Source: a virus
Taxonomy: Duplodnaviria; Caudoviricetes
Reading direction: 5' to 3' (one strand)
IMG/VR virus record: IMGVR_UViG_3300031134_000001
Coordinates: 1 to 64,000 of that record
Length of the DNA stretch: 64,000 bases
Position numbers and translations under genes: made by a program. Positions 56,081-64,000 of the stretch are shown piece after piece. How positions within the stretch are numbered: the stretch's first letter is position 1; each line of letters starts with the position of its first letter. The notes under the pieces were generated by a model. It was not told where the DNA came from. It made no database searches and saw nothing but the letters and a program-made list of their open reading frames with translations.

Positions 56081-58264
56081 ATGATTCTGTTTTTAGAAGA
56101 TTGGTTAAAGTATCCCAACGCTATACCGCACAAGAACACCCGCAATGAATCTTGGTTTTACATGGCCCAAGTCTACAAAGCCATGGGTGTTAAAAATCAC
56201 ATGTTCCTGCTAGCGTTGATCAATCCGCTGCTGCAATATGTCGATCCGCATTCCCCGAATTTAACGCAAGAACAAAAGGATATGGTCTTGGCCGAGTGCA
56301 AGATCAATCCTTGGTACTACTTCCGCGAAGTCGCGCGCATTCCAGCAGGTGTGGGTTTGCCAGACGAACCAGTCAAAGCCAACCGCGGTAACATCGCAGC
56401 ATGGTGGTGCTTCTTCAATCACATCACCATCACCATGATTCAACCCCGTCAGACGGGTAAGTCATACACCATCTACGAGCTCGACGTGTACTTGATGACT
56501 GTGCTGTGCCAAGGCACGAACATGAATCTGTTTACCAAAGACGAAAAGCTGCGTAAAGATGCGGTGGACATTATCAAGAAGATCTTTGACACGCTACCGG
56601 AGTATCTGGATTTACGCAACAAGCGCACCGATGCGAACAACACCGAAGAGATCACGGTCAATCTCTTGGAGAACAAACTGCGCACGTTCGTGCCACGTTC
56701 GTCGGAGAAAGATGCCAACAACGTGGGTCGTGGTTTCGGCTCGCCCGTTAACCACGTCGACGAAGCGGCGTTCTGCGGCAATGCCCACATCTCGATGCCA
56801 GCGCTGTTCTCGGCAGGTAACGCCAAACGTGACATGGCCAAGCGCTCCGGCGCGCCGTACTGCAACATCATCACCACAACGGCCGGTAAGCTCGATAGTG
56901 CAGAAGGTAAGTTCGTCTACGAGAACTACATCTTGGCTTCTATGCCAATGACTGAGCACATCTACGATCAGCAAAACGAAGAAGCCTTGGCTGATTTCGT
57001 CAAACGTAATGCTGGTGGTAATCTGCAAATCTCGATCATCATGAGTCACCGCCAACTCGGCTTGTCCGATGAATGGTTGTGGGAAGCGATGAATGAGACG
57101 AAGACGTTTGGTGATGCGGCTGACCGAGATTACTTCAACGTCTGGACCTCGGGTACGGAATCGCATCCATTGTCGCCTGCATTGCTCAAGCGTATCGTCG
57201 CATCGCAAAACGATGTGTTCTACGACCAGTACTTCCCGCACCAGAAATACTTCATTCGCTGGAATGTGAATGAGTGTAATCTGGAGAACTACATGCGGCA
57301 TTCTAAACTCATCCTCGGGGTCGACCCATCGTCTGCTAACAACAACGATGATATCGCACTTGTGTGGGTGGATGCGGCAACGCTCGATGTGGTGGCCAGT
57401 GCGACGGTAAACGAAACGAACATCCTGATGTTTGGTAACTGGATGGCGATGCACTTGGTGGAGAACAAGAACGTGACCTTGGTCATTGAATCGAAGTCTA
57501 CCGGTGAAGCGCTGCGTGACATGATGCTACAGATCCTGCCGTCGTTTGGTGAAGATCCTTACAAGCGCATGTTTAACACAATCGTGCAAGACAAAGACGA
57601 TTATCCAGAACGTTACGATGTGGTGCGTTTACCGATGAGTCGTCGGGACAACACCATGTACACGTTGAACAAGTCGGCCTTTGGTTTCGTAACTGCTGCT
57701 AGCGGCCGGTTTGCCCGTAGCGACCTGTACGGTAACACGCTGCAAGAAGCAGCCAAGCGCGGTGGCAACAAAGTGTACGACCGGCGTTTGATTAACCAGA
57801 TCACCAGTCTGGTCAAGAAGAACGAGCGGGTTGACCACCAAAACGGTAAGCACGATGACTTGGTGGTGGCGTGGTTGCTCTGTCATTGGTTCCTGTCCAA
57901 CGGCAAACACATGGCGGTCTATGGCATTCAGGACGTCATGACGCAAGTGGGCGACGAACGTGAAGTGACGTACGAAGAACACTTGGCCCTGCAAGCGCAA
58001 AAGCAACTGCGTGAACAGATCGATACGTTAGGGCAGGATCTGGAAGATTGTGCTGATCCGTATTTGGCTGAGAAGCTGGAACACCAGCTGCGATTCTTGG
58101 CACAGAACATCGTGTACCAGCCAGGCGACTTGACAAGTGTTGACCAGATGTTGGCCGACATCAAAGAGCGCAAGAAGAAACGCAGTCAAACTTCGTCGCT
58201 CAATCGTAGCGATGAAGCAGTGAACGATACCGACTTCTATCGGAAAATGATGGGCATGCGGTAA
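56081..58264 (+). CDS. terL: Terminase large subunit (phiKZ gp25-like)
   Basis: Walker A QPRQTGKS, Walker B HVDEAAF, ITTTAG motif III, nuclease ILGVDPS and HDDLVVAW. Start moved to ATG 56081. Confidence 0.92.
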   Translation: MILFLEDWLKYPNAIPHKNTRNESWFYMAQVYKAMGVKNHMFLLALINPLLQYVDPHSPNLTQEQKDMVLAECKINPWYYFREVARIPAGVGLPDEPVKANRGNIAAWWCFFNHITITMIQPRQTGKSYTIYELDVYLMTVLCQGTNMNLFTKDEKLRKDAVDIIKKIFDTLPEYLDLRNKRTDANNTEEITVNLLENKLRTFVPRSSEKDANNVGRGFGSPVNHVDEAAFCGNAHISMPALFSAGNAKRDMAKRSGAPYCNIITTTAGKLDSAEGKFVYENYILASMPMTEHIYDQQNEEALADFVKRNAGGNLQISIIMSHRQLGLSDEWLWEAMNETKTFGDAADRDYFNVWTSGTESHPLSPALLKRIVASQNDVFYDQYFPHQKYFIRWNVNECNLENYMRHSKLILGVDPSSANNNDDIALVWVDAATLDVVASATVNETNILMFGNWMAMHLVENKNVTLVIESKSTGEALRDMMLQILPSFGEDPYKRMFNTIVQDKDDYPERYDVVRLPMSRRDNTMYTLNKSAFGFVTAASGRFARSDLYGNTLQEAAKRGGNKVYDRRLINQITSLVKKNERVDHQNGKHDDLVVAWLLCHWFLSNGKHMAVYGIQDVMTQVGDEREVTYEEHLALQAQKQLREQIDTLGQDLEDCADPYLAEKLEHQLRFLAQNIVYQPGDLTSVDQMLADIKERKKKRSQTSSLNRSDEAVNDTDFYRKMMGMR

Positions 58265-58279
58265 GTCTTTTTTGTAGTG

Positions 58280-58334
58280 ACGGCATAGTTCCCCATGGCC
58301 CTTGCGGGCCACGGGGGCTATTGCAGTATGCCGT
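58280..58334. terminator. Hairpin between convergent genes with perfect ACGGCATA/TATGCCGT arms
   Basis: acggc-atagttccccatggccc-ttgc-gggccacgggggctat-tgcag-tatgccgt. Confidence 0.72.
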
Positions 58335-58731
58335 CACCCACAGCAGCGACGATCCGTGTTTCCAACAAATCTAAGTACGCATTGACTTGCCGAATCCGAA
58401 TCATCGAATCGAAGTTCCAGCGATGCACCAAAGACGGAATGTCGACATCAAGCTCACATGCTTTTCGCAATGGCTCTGGTGCGTCGTGCCCTACCACCGA
58501 AAAGACGTTGTAGCTATACAAGGTGCGGTTAGGCACATACCAGCGATTGTAACGCACGTGGTATTCTCGACGATGGCAGTAGATGGCAATTTCAAACCCG
58601 CGTACGGTAAAGCCCCGCAAATCTCCCAGCGCATTTTCTGGCCGTTTGATTTCCGTTACTGTATTCGTGCCACGTAAATACTCAAACAACATCAAACTTC
58701 CACTAGCAAAAAACTTCAAGAATTTCAGCAT
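58318..58731 (-). CDS. Hypothetical protein
   Basis: 137-aa ORF with AGGGA RBS. Confidence 0.65.
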   Translation of the reverse strand: MLKFLKFFASGSLMLFEYLRGTNTVTEIKRPENALGDLRGFTVRGFEIAIYCHRREYHVRYNRWYVPNRTLYSYNVFSVVGHDAPEPLRKACELDVDIPSLVHRWNFDSMIRIRQVNAYLDLLETRIVAAVGDGILQ

Positions 58732-58760
58732 GTCGCATCCCTAGTGAGAGGTGACGACTG

Positions 58761-59990
58761 CTATGTGTTGGCGTAATGCCTTTTGGCGAGACTGCGCAAC
58801 ACAATGTACAGAAGTACCCCTGTGCGGATAGGTGGTAAAAGGCTCACGTTGCGGGTGCCAGTTGCTTCCCTCACCATGTCTTCAGTCCGTCGGCGAATAT
58901 CCATCAGGATAGGATCGGTCGAACGGGCTGCTGTATACACACCACGTAACTTCGCCAACAGGGCAGGTAGGTCATGCGGGTTTTGTAGTGCGTCGGCATT
59001 GTGAGCCAAGTAATCGAAACAGTGCACCATGATTTCCTGGGTCAGGTCTTGCAGCTTGTGCGCTTGATGACCTTGGAAATGCTCCGACAACCATTCCAGT
59101 GTTCCCCGGAATAAGCTAGGCGGCATGGTTTGTACCATCCCTTCGATGACAGTCAACAGTTCTTCTCGCAGGAAGCTTGATTTGTCAGGAATGATGGACT
59201 GGATGTAGCGGGTGTAATTGGCCAAGCTCTTGGTTTTATCCTTGAGGATCTCTTTGCCATCGTGCTCGACAGTTTGCGATACTGCGATGATGCGTTTACC
59301 CGATGCGTTGATTTGGTAGTGCATACCAGCGATCAAGCGCAGCGTTTTGCGTAAGCGGGTTTGGATGTCGTTGACGATCTTTTCGATCTCACGGTCGTCA
59401 CCCATTTTTTGGAAGTGCTTAAAGCGTGGTGCTTTTTCGTCGAGGATGTCTTCTGCGCGTTTGCGCAAGTACGCTCCCCAACTGCCAGCTTGTTTCAGAT
59501 CGAACTTCATCGACAACGACGCATAGGTCGCTTCCGCCACCGACTTGTCGGCAGGGTAGATGAAGTGACGATACAGCCGGCTGGTTAAGAACTTGTACTG
59601 CATGACTAAGATGACCGAGATCATTGCGTCGCGCTTTAACCCATCGGGGATATTGGGCGCGTTCAAGATTACGTGGGTCAGCCAGATGCAAGACAGGTTC
59701 ATGGCGTCAGATGCCACTTGGTGATCCCGGTGCACTGTTGGAAGCTTGAACAACGCTTCTTGCAGTGTGTCTTCATCTGTGTGCAAAATCTCATCGAACC
59801 AGACCAGACGATCCGAATCGGTAAAGCGCACAATCTGAACACCGGTTAAGTGACCACCGAAGAACTTGACGTGTTCATCGTTCTTGGCCACAAACGCCAA
59901 AGCGTATGCGACGACTTTCTTGGCTAAGATTGAATCAACAATCACATCCGGGCATTGTTGCTCAAATACGTTACGTACAAGTAAACTCAT
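58761..59990 (-). CDS. Conserved phiKZ-like helical protein of unknown function
   Basis: 409 aa from ATG 59990; FFGGHLTG, FDLKQAGSWG motifs. Confidence 0.7.
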   Translation of the reverse strand: MSLLVRNVFEQQCPDVIVDSILAKKVVAYALAFVAKNDEHVKFFGGHLTGVQIVRFTDSDRLVWFDEILHTDEDTLQEALFKLPTVHRDHQVASDAMNLSCIWLTHVILNAPNIPDGLKRDAMISVILVMQYKFLTSRLYRHFIYPADKSVAEATYASLSMKFDLKQAGSWGAYLRKRAEDILDEKAPRFKHFQKMGDDREIEKIVNDIQTRLRKTLRLIAGMHYQINASGKRIIAVSQTVEHDGKEILKDKTKSLANYTRYIQSIIPDKSSFLREELLTVIEGMVQTMPPSLFRGTLEWLSEHFQGHQAHKLQDLTQEIMVHCFDYLAHNADALQNPHDLPALLAKLRGVYTAARSTDPILMDIRRRTEDMVREATGTRNVSLLPPIRTGVLLYIVLRSLAKRHYANT

Positions 59991-60045
59991 GGAAGTTTTT
60001 CCTTTGGGACAAGGTTCACAAGATGAGACTCCGTAAACCATGCTG

Positions 60046-60085
60046 ACGGCATAAAGCCCCACCGAGTCACCCCGGCGAGGCTTTA
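60046..60085. terminator. Hairpin, ACGGCATA family
   Basis: acggc-ataaagccccaccg...cggcgaggctttat. Confidence 0.6.
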
Positions 60086-60104
60086 TTAGTCGATGGCGAA
60101 AAGA

Positions 60105-60797
60105 TTACTTCGCTTGACGGGCGGCGCGCGCTTTGACGTAGTCGCCGAAGTTGCGCACCACTTTACCGCCCAGGGCGATGACCATGGATTCCATGGCGAC
60201 CACGAGCTCTGGGCTGTTGGTGATGACGGTTGGGCTTTCCGAGTCCAGCACCTGATCAGGCACGACGTCGTCGATCAGGACGGTGACGTTTTCTGGGTTA
60301 TCGGACGTGGCCAGGATTTCCGTGACGTCCTTGACGGTGTCAGGCGTGACCTGGGTTTCGTCGATAGCGTACAGCGTTTCGAACGCGCTGTCGTCGGTTG
60401 GTGCAGTGTCGCTGATCGAATCAGCCAGGCTCGATGCCACGACCGAGTCGATGGCTTGCGATTCCAGCACGATGTTGCCGACTTCCGAGATGATCGCCGC
60501 TTCGACGGTCTCTTGGGTCTCGCCTTCAGCTGGCTTGAGGTTGCTGGTATCGACTTCGGCTTCGTCTTCAGCCGGCGGTGGCGTCTCGCCTTCGACTGGT
60601 GCTGGCGGCGTCTCGCCTTCAGCTGGGGCATTCTTGTCGTAGGTCTTGGCCAGGGCTTCGGAGTACACGTCAGCCAGTGGACCTTTCATGACAACGGTGG
60701 TGTCTTCGGTAGCTGGGTTGACAGCGTTGACATCGAAGTCTTCCATCGCCAGGTGGTGGCGGGAGCGGGTACCGAACAGATTGCGCATATGGGACAT
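60105..60797 (-). CDS. Acidic head protein with probable protease-cleaved propeptide
   Basis: 230 aa, very acidic; LAME and VAME A-x-E sites; AAGGAAA RBS; strong codon bias. Confidence 0.65.
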   Translation of the reverse strand: MSHMRNLFGTRSRHHLAMEDFDVNAVNPATEDTTVVMKGPLADVYSEALAKTYDKNAPAEGETPPAPVEGETPPPAEDEAEVDTSNLKPAEGETQETVEAAIISEVGNIVLESQAIDSVVASSLADSISDTAPTDDSAFETLYAIDETQVTPDTVKDVTEILATSDNPENVTVLIDDVVPDQVLDSESPTVITNSPELVVAMESMVIALGGKVVRNFGDYVKARAARQAK

Positions 60798-61271
60798 TGC
60801 AAGTTTCCTTCACGTGGGTAAAAAAGATCTGAGTTAACACACGCTAATTTGAAGCGATGCGTTTCACAGTATGGTTAAGCACAGAATGTGGGTCAAGGAA
60901 CGTTAGTTGTCTAAAAGACAACGCGCGCCCTTTACGTACATGTATTTCTGTTTTTTCAAGCGGCTACGCTTTAAGGTGGATGTATTCCAAATAATACCCT
61001 TGTCTTTGTTTTTATTCATTTATCTTTAGTGTTATTAGAGAAGCGCCCCTAAGGCGCGGATCGCTAGGCTACGCTGTAAATGTTTCCTCCGGTAAAAAAA
61101 TACAGTGAGGTACAAGATGTTTATGCATTGTAGCGAGTGGAACGAGCGGTCGGTAACGAACGGCGCGGTAGCAGAGTGAAGTTAGTAGGAAAACCAACTA
61201 CGTTTGGGGGAGAGGGGGGCAACTTACCCTAGGACCCGCATAGCGGGGCCTCTATCTAACAAGCAAAACTA

Positions 61272-61775
61272 ATGGGGGGTAAGGTGATTGAAAAGCTGTT
61301 GTTAAGTATGCCATACAAGTTCGTACAAATCGAGTACCAAGGGAAGAAGTTTTGGGGAATAGCGGCAAATCCCAGAACGATCCACCATATACAAGAGTTT
61401 CGTCGTTACGTAATCAACGCCAAGTTGTTTACGCTTAAGGAGCTACGACAAATTCAAATTGGTGCGGTCGCGCAAGATGAATCGGAAGACCTGCGTATGT
61501 GGATCTATCACGCGATTTGCGAACGTACTGATCTGGTGACCAAAGGACGTTGGCTCTTTTATTTCAACGACAACAGTGAGCTGGTCATCACAACGTACGC
61601 TGATCAAGAACTGGGCATCGCGCCAGTGATCGCAACGCCTACCAGTCATTCACTCAAGGAGTACGATGATTTGTTGGAAGTCGTGGCGCGTCAGAAAGAA
61701 GGCGTAGACATCAGTCTGCGAATTCGTGACTTACAATCCAAACGCGTCGACATCAACTGTAGTAAGCGTGGATAA
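61272..61775 (+). CDS. Hypothetical protein
   Basis: 167-aa ORF; start uncertain. Confidence 0.65.
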   Translation: MGGKVIEKLLLSMPYKFVQIEYQGKKFWGIAANPRTIHHIQEFRRYVINAKLFTLKELRQIQIGAVAQDESEDLRMWIYHAICERTDLVTKGRWLFYFNDNSELVITTYADQELGIAPVIATPTSHSLKEYDDLLEVVARQKEGVDISLRIRDLQSKRVDINCSKRG

Positions 61776-61807
61776 AGCTAACCCACCTTCGGGTGGGCTT
61801 TATGCCG
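61772..61807. terminator. Hairpin, TATGCCGT family
   Basis: ataaagc-taa-cccacc-ttcg-ggtggg-ctttat-gccgt. Confidence 0.7.
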
Positions 61808-61830
61808 TCAAAACGAAATGTAATAGAAAA

Positions 61831-61848
61831 TTTCAACTCTATATCACT
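61831..61848 (+). promoter_or_regulatory. Putative early promoter (TTTCAACTCTATATCAC)
   Basis: Repeats the 45622 motif; precedes a run of small co-oriented genes. Confidence 0.55.
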
Positions 61849-61874
61849 TAGCCGAATACCTACAGGAGTCATTC

Positions 61875-62186
61875 ATGCAACTGGATAAATTGATACTAAA
61901 AGCTAACTCCATGTCCAAAGAAGATAGCTGCCATGGAAAAATCACTAACATCATTCTTCATCAACCAGATGAAGATACCATTGCCGAACTAAAGGCTCTC
62001 AAAAAAGGGCAGCACATCAACCACATTGAGTTGCGCGATAAAGAAAGTGATGGCTACGAGGATCTCACTTACCATCGCCACGTATTTGAAGTGGTAGGTG
62101 TGTTTGAAGATGAACGTCCTTACAAGAACGTTTTTATGTTAGTTCTGCTCAACTCGATGGGCAGCTTTCGCGCCGTGTCGGAGTAA
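61875..62186 (+). CDS. Hypothetical protein
   Basis: 103 aa with AGGAG RBS. Confidence 0.7.
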   Translation: MQLDKLILKANSMSKEDSCHGKITNIILHQPDEDTIAELKALKKGQHINHIELRDKESDGYEDLTYHRHVFEVVGVFEDERPYKNVFMLVLLNSMGSFRAVSE

Positions 62187-62199
62187 AAGGAATAAAGTA

Positions 62200-62550
62200 A
62201 TGGATTCCCAACAAGCTCTTCGCAGTCTTATCATTAACGCTATTGCATTACATCCCGCCCGTAGTGCAACTATGCAAGAAATCAACTCGACCCTTGGCTG
62301 GAATGTCATCACCCGCTACAAAACGGAGTATGCCATTCCAGCAGTAACTTCGCATGAAGTATTGAACTTGATGCTTGGACAGATGGTGCTTCAACGTAAG
62401 TTGAACATCGTTACCCGTGACGGCGTTAATTGTTACGCTATTGCAGAACGCGACTTCATCCCTCCAGATCACACCGCTGAGATTGAGGATCTGAAAGAAC
62501 GCGTCAAGGCTCTCGAAGACCTCGTTCGCAACCTCACCCAACCTACTTAA
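62200..62550 (+). CDS. Hypothetical protein, possible winged helix plus C-terminal coiled coil
   Basis: 116 aa with AAGGAA RBS; helix-helix-helix-hairpin pattern, then EIEDLKERVKALEDLV. Confidence 0.65.
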   Translation: MDSQQALRSLIINAIALHPARSATMQEINSTLGWNVITRYKTEYAIPAVTSHEVLNLMLGQMVLQRKLNIVTRDGVNCYAIAERDFIPPDHTAEIEDLKERVKALEDLVRNLTQPT

Positions 62551-62563
62551 CTAAAGGAGTGTC

Positions 62564-62914
62564 ATGAGTATCTTGTCGCAATTTAATCATCTACATTCCA
62601 TTTGCACTTCTGAAGACCTGGACAATCCGCCATTGGAAAATTTGTTCAACGCCTATTCGGTCCGTAACCTGCACGTTAATGACGTGCTCGCTACTGAACT
62701 TGATGATGTTTCGTCAGCAGTTGCTATCAGAACGAATGTGGGGATTATCATCCTTACAAATGAGTGGGAATCCAAGGATGTGTTTTGCCATCTCACAGAT
62801 AGCGTAGCTGCCGATCCAGAATGGCAAGCACTCGGTTTTGAAAAGTCGACGCTAATCGACACTGAGGAAAAGTGGACGTTTATCCTCAGTCAACAACGTT
62901 ACACCGGTCTATAA
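62564..62914 (+). CDS. Hypothetical protein
   Basis: 116 aa with AAAGGAG RBS. Confidence 0.72.
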   Translation: MSILSQFNHLHSICTSEDLDNPPLENLFNAYSVRNLHVNDVLATELDDVSSAVAIRTNVGIIILTNEWESKDVFCHLTDSVAADPEWQALGFEKSTLIDTEEKWTFILSQQRYTGL

Positions 62915-62942
62915 CCCAACTAACAACACAAGGAGCACTACC

Positions 62943-63389
62943 ATGGCAACTGCAAAAGAACTGTTTGAAAAATTCCTCGATCAAGAAGCGGATAACAAAC
63001 TTTCCTACCATCTGCACACGCTGGAATGGCTAAAGAGAAAGCGCTCGAATGCTGAGGGTTCCCTTACCGTGTGTAAAATGGCGTTGGAGCAAAAGAAAGA
63101 AGAAACGCCACTGCCGCACCACATGAACGATTTCGAAGACGAGCTGGACGAAATCGATGCGCAAACAAAAATCAACGACGCCATGGACAAGGTGCTCGCC
63201 ATCGCCGAAGACGACGACGGCTTTATCATCACGAAGGGCGATTCGGAAAAGCCGTGGTACGAGCAAGAACCAGTTTACTGGACTCCGCACAAACCAACTG
63301 CCGACTGGGCCGTCACGTTCTTCAACGCCCATGCGATCATCACCGCACCAGAAGCCAAGCCTTTCAATCACGGCTGCTTCGTGGAGTAA
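62943..63389 (+). CDS. Hypothetical protein
   Basis: 148 aa, acidic/coiled coil, AAGGAG RBS. Confidence 0.75.
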   Translation: MATAKELFEKFLDQEADNKLSYHLHTLEWLKRKRSNAEGSLTVCKMALEQKKEETPLPHHMNDFEDELDEIDAQTKINDAMDKVLAIAEDDDGFIITKGDSEKPWYEQEPVYWTPHKPTADWAVTFFNAHAIITAPEAKPFNHGCFVE

Positions 63390-63392
63390 TCG

Positions 63393-63836
63393 ATGCAGTT
63401 ATCCACCGTAAGTGAACGCAACCTTGACTTGGTTTTGGCTATAGCGCAAGGTAAGACATTACAAGCTGCCGGCGCCGAAGTGGGTATTAGCATCGAGCGA
63501 ACTCGGCAAATTGTGCGTAGCTTTTGCCGGGAGTACTTGCGTTACTCTCAATCCCAAGGTACGCCGGAAACGTTTTATCCAGGACCTGACATCGAAGGTG
63601 AACATTACTTCGGCGAGAGTCCCTACAACAATCACAAGCACAGCGACCCGACAACCAGCATGCGCAGCTTTAGACGGCTGTGGAATAAAGGTTTAGCTGT
63701 GTTAGATGTTGGAGCGTCGAATCCATGGCCCGGCCTTGACCGTCTCGAAGATTTGCGTTTAAATAGCGACTATTGGATACACCAAATTAAGTTGCTGCGT
63801 GAACGGCGTGCCTCATCTAAACACAAGGTAAAATAG
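63393..63836 (+). CDS. HTH protein with a sigma-70 region 4-like N-terminal domain
   Basis: GKTLQAAGAEVGISIERTRQIV resembles the TLxEIGxxxGVSRERVRQI HTH. Confidence 0.65.
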   Translation: MQLSTVSERNLDLVLAIAQGKTLQAAGAEVGISIERTRQIVRSFCREYLRYSQSQGTPETFYPGPDIEGEHYFGESPYNNHKHSDPTTSMRSFRRLWNKGLAVLDVGASNPWPGLDRLEDLRLNSDYWIHQIKLLRERRASSKHKVK

Positions 63837-63837
63837 C

Positions 63838-64000
63838 ATGAAAATCGTAGATCTTGCCACATTTTTGGCCTATCCGGACGGTGTGGTATTTGCCGAGTAC
63901 GACCCTTGCATCATTGGGGAAATTGAAGTGCGTGGCGATGTCTGGATGTATGACAAACTAAGTAACTGCTGCTATCAGCGTTTTTCGCTGTTTGGTGCAG
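63838..64000 (+). CDS. Hypothetical protein, partial (runs off the window)
   Basis: Read by hand: AAGG upstream, ATG 63838, MKIVDLATFLAYPDGVVFAEYDPCIIGEIEVRG..., open to the end. Confidence 0.65.
   Translation, partial: MKIVDLATFLAYPDGVVFAEYDPCIIGEIEVRGDVWMYDKLSNCCYQRFSLFGA

Noticed and set aside
59991-60062. N-terminal extension of the 433-aa ORF
   Set aside because: Runs through the hairpin region; ATG 59990 has a purine-rich upstream sequence and is the better start.

Overview
The window is a gene-dense segment of a phiKZ-like (Chimalliviridae-type) jumbo myovirus of a Gram-negative host. All family names below come from motif recognition and gene order; no database search was run. It holds most of the late/virion module: tail fibre, PAAR tip and central spike, head proteins, a tape-measure/lytic transglycosylase, tail tube and sheath, baseplate proteins, prohead protease and large terminase. 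It also holds four pieces of the split virion RNA polymerase, plus SbcC, RNase H, UvsX, a probable i-/o-spanin pair, and small accessory genes at the right end. Three things stand out. (1) A co-oriented fibre cassette at the left end pairs a 746-aa Pro/Asn/Gly/Tyr repeat protein (two Cys-capped lobes) with a prolyl-hydroxylase-like 2OG-Fe(II) oxygenase, a candidate virion-protein hydroxylation system. (2) A ~400-nt, heavily base-paired non-coding segment at 46.8-47.2 kb is a candidate novel structured RNA. (3) About 12 intergenic hairpins share complementary ACG(G/T)CATA...TATG(C/A)CGT arms. I saw no tRNA, rRNA, CRISPR array, integrase, intein or intron.
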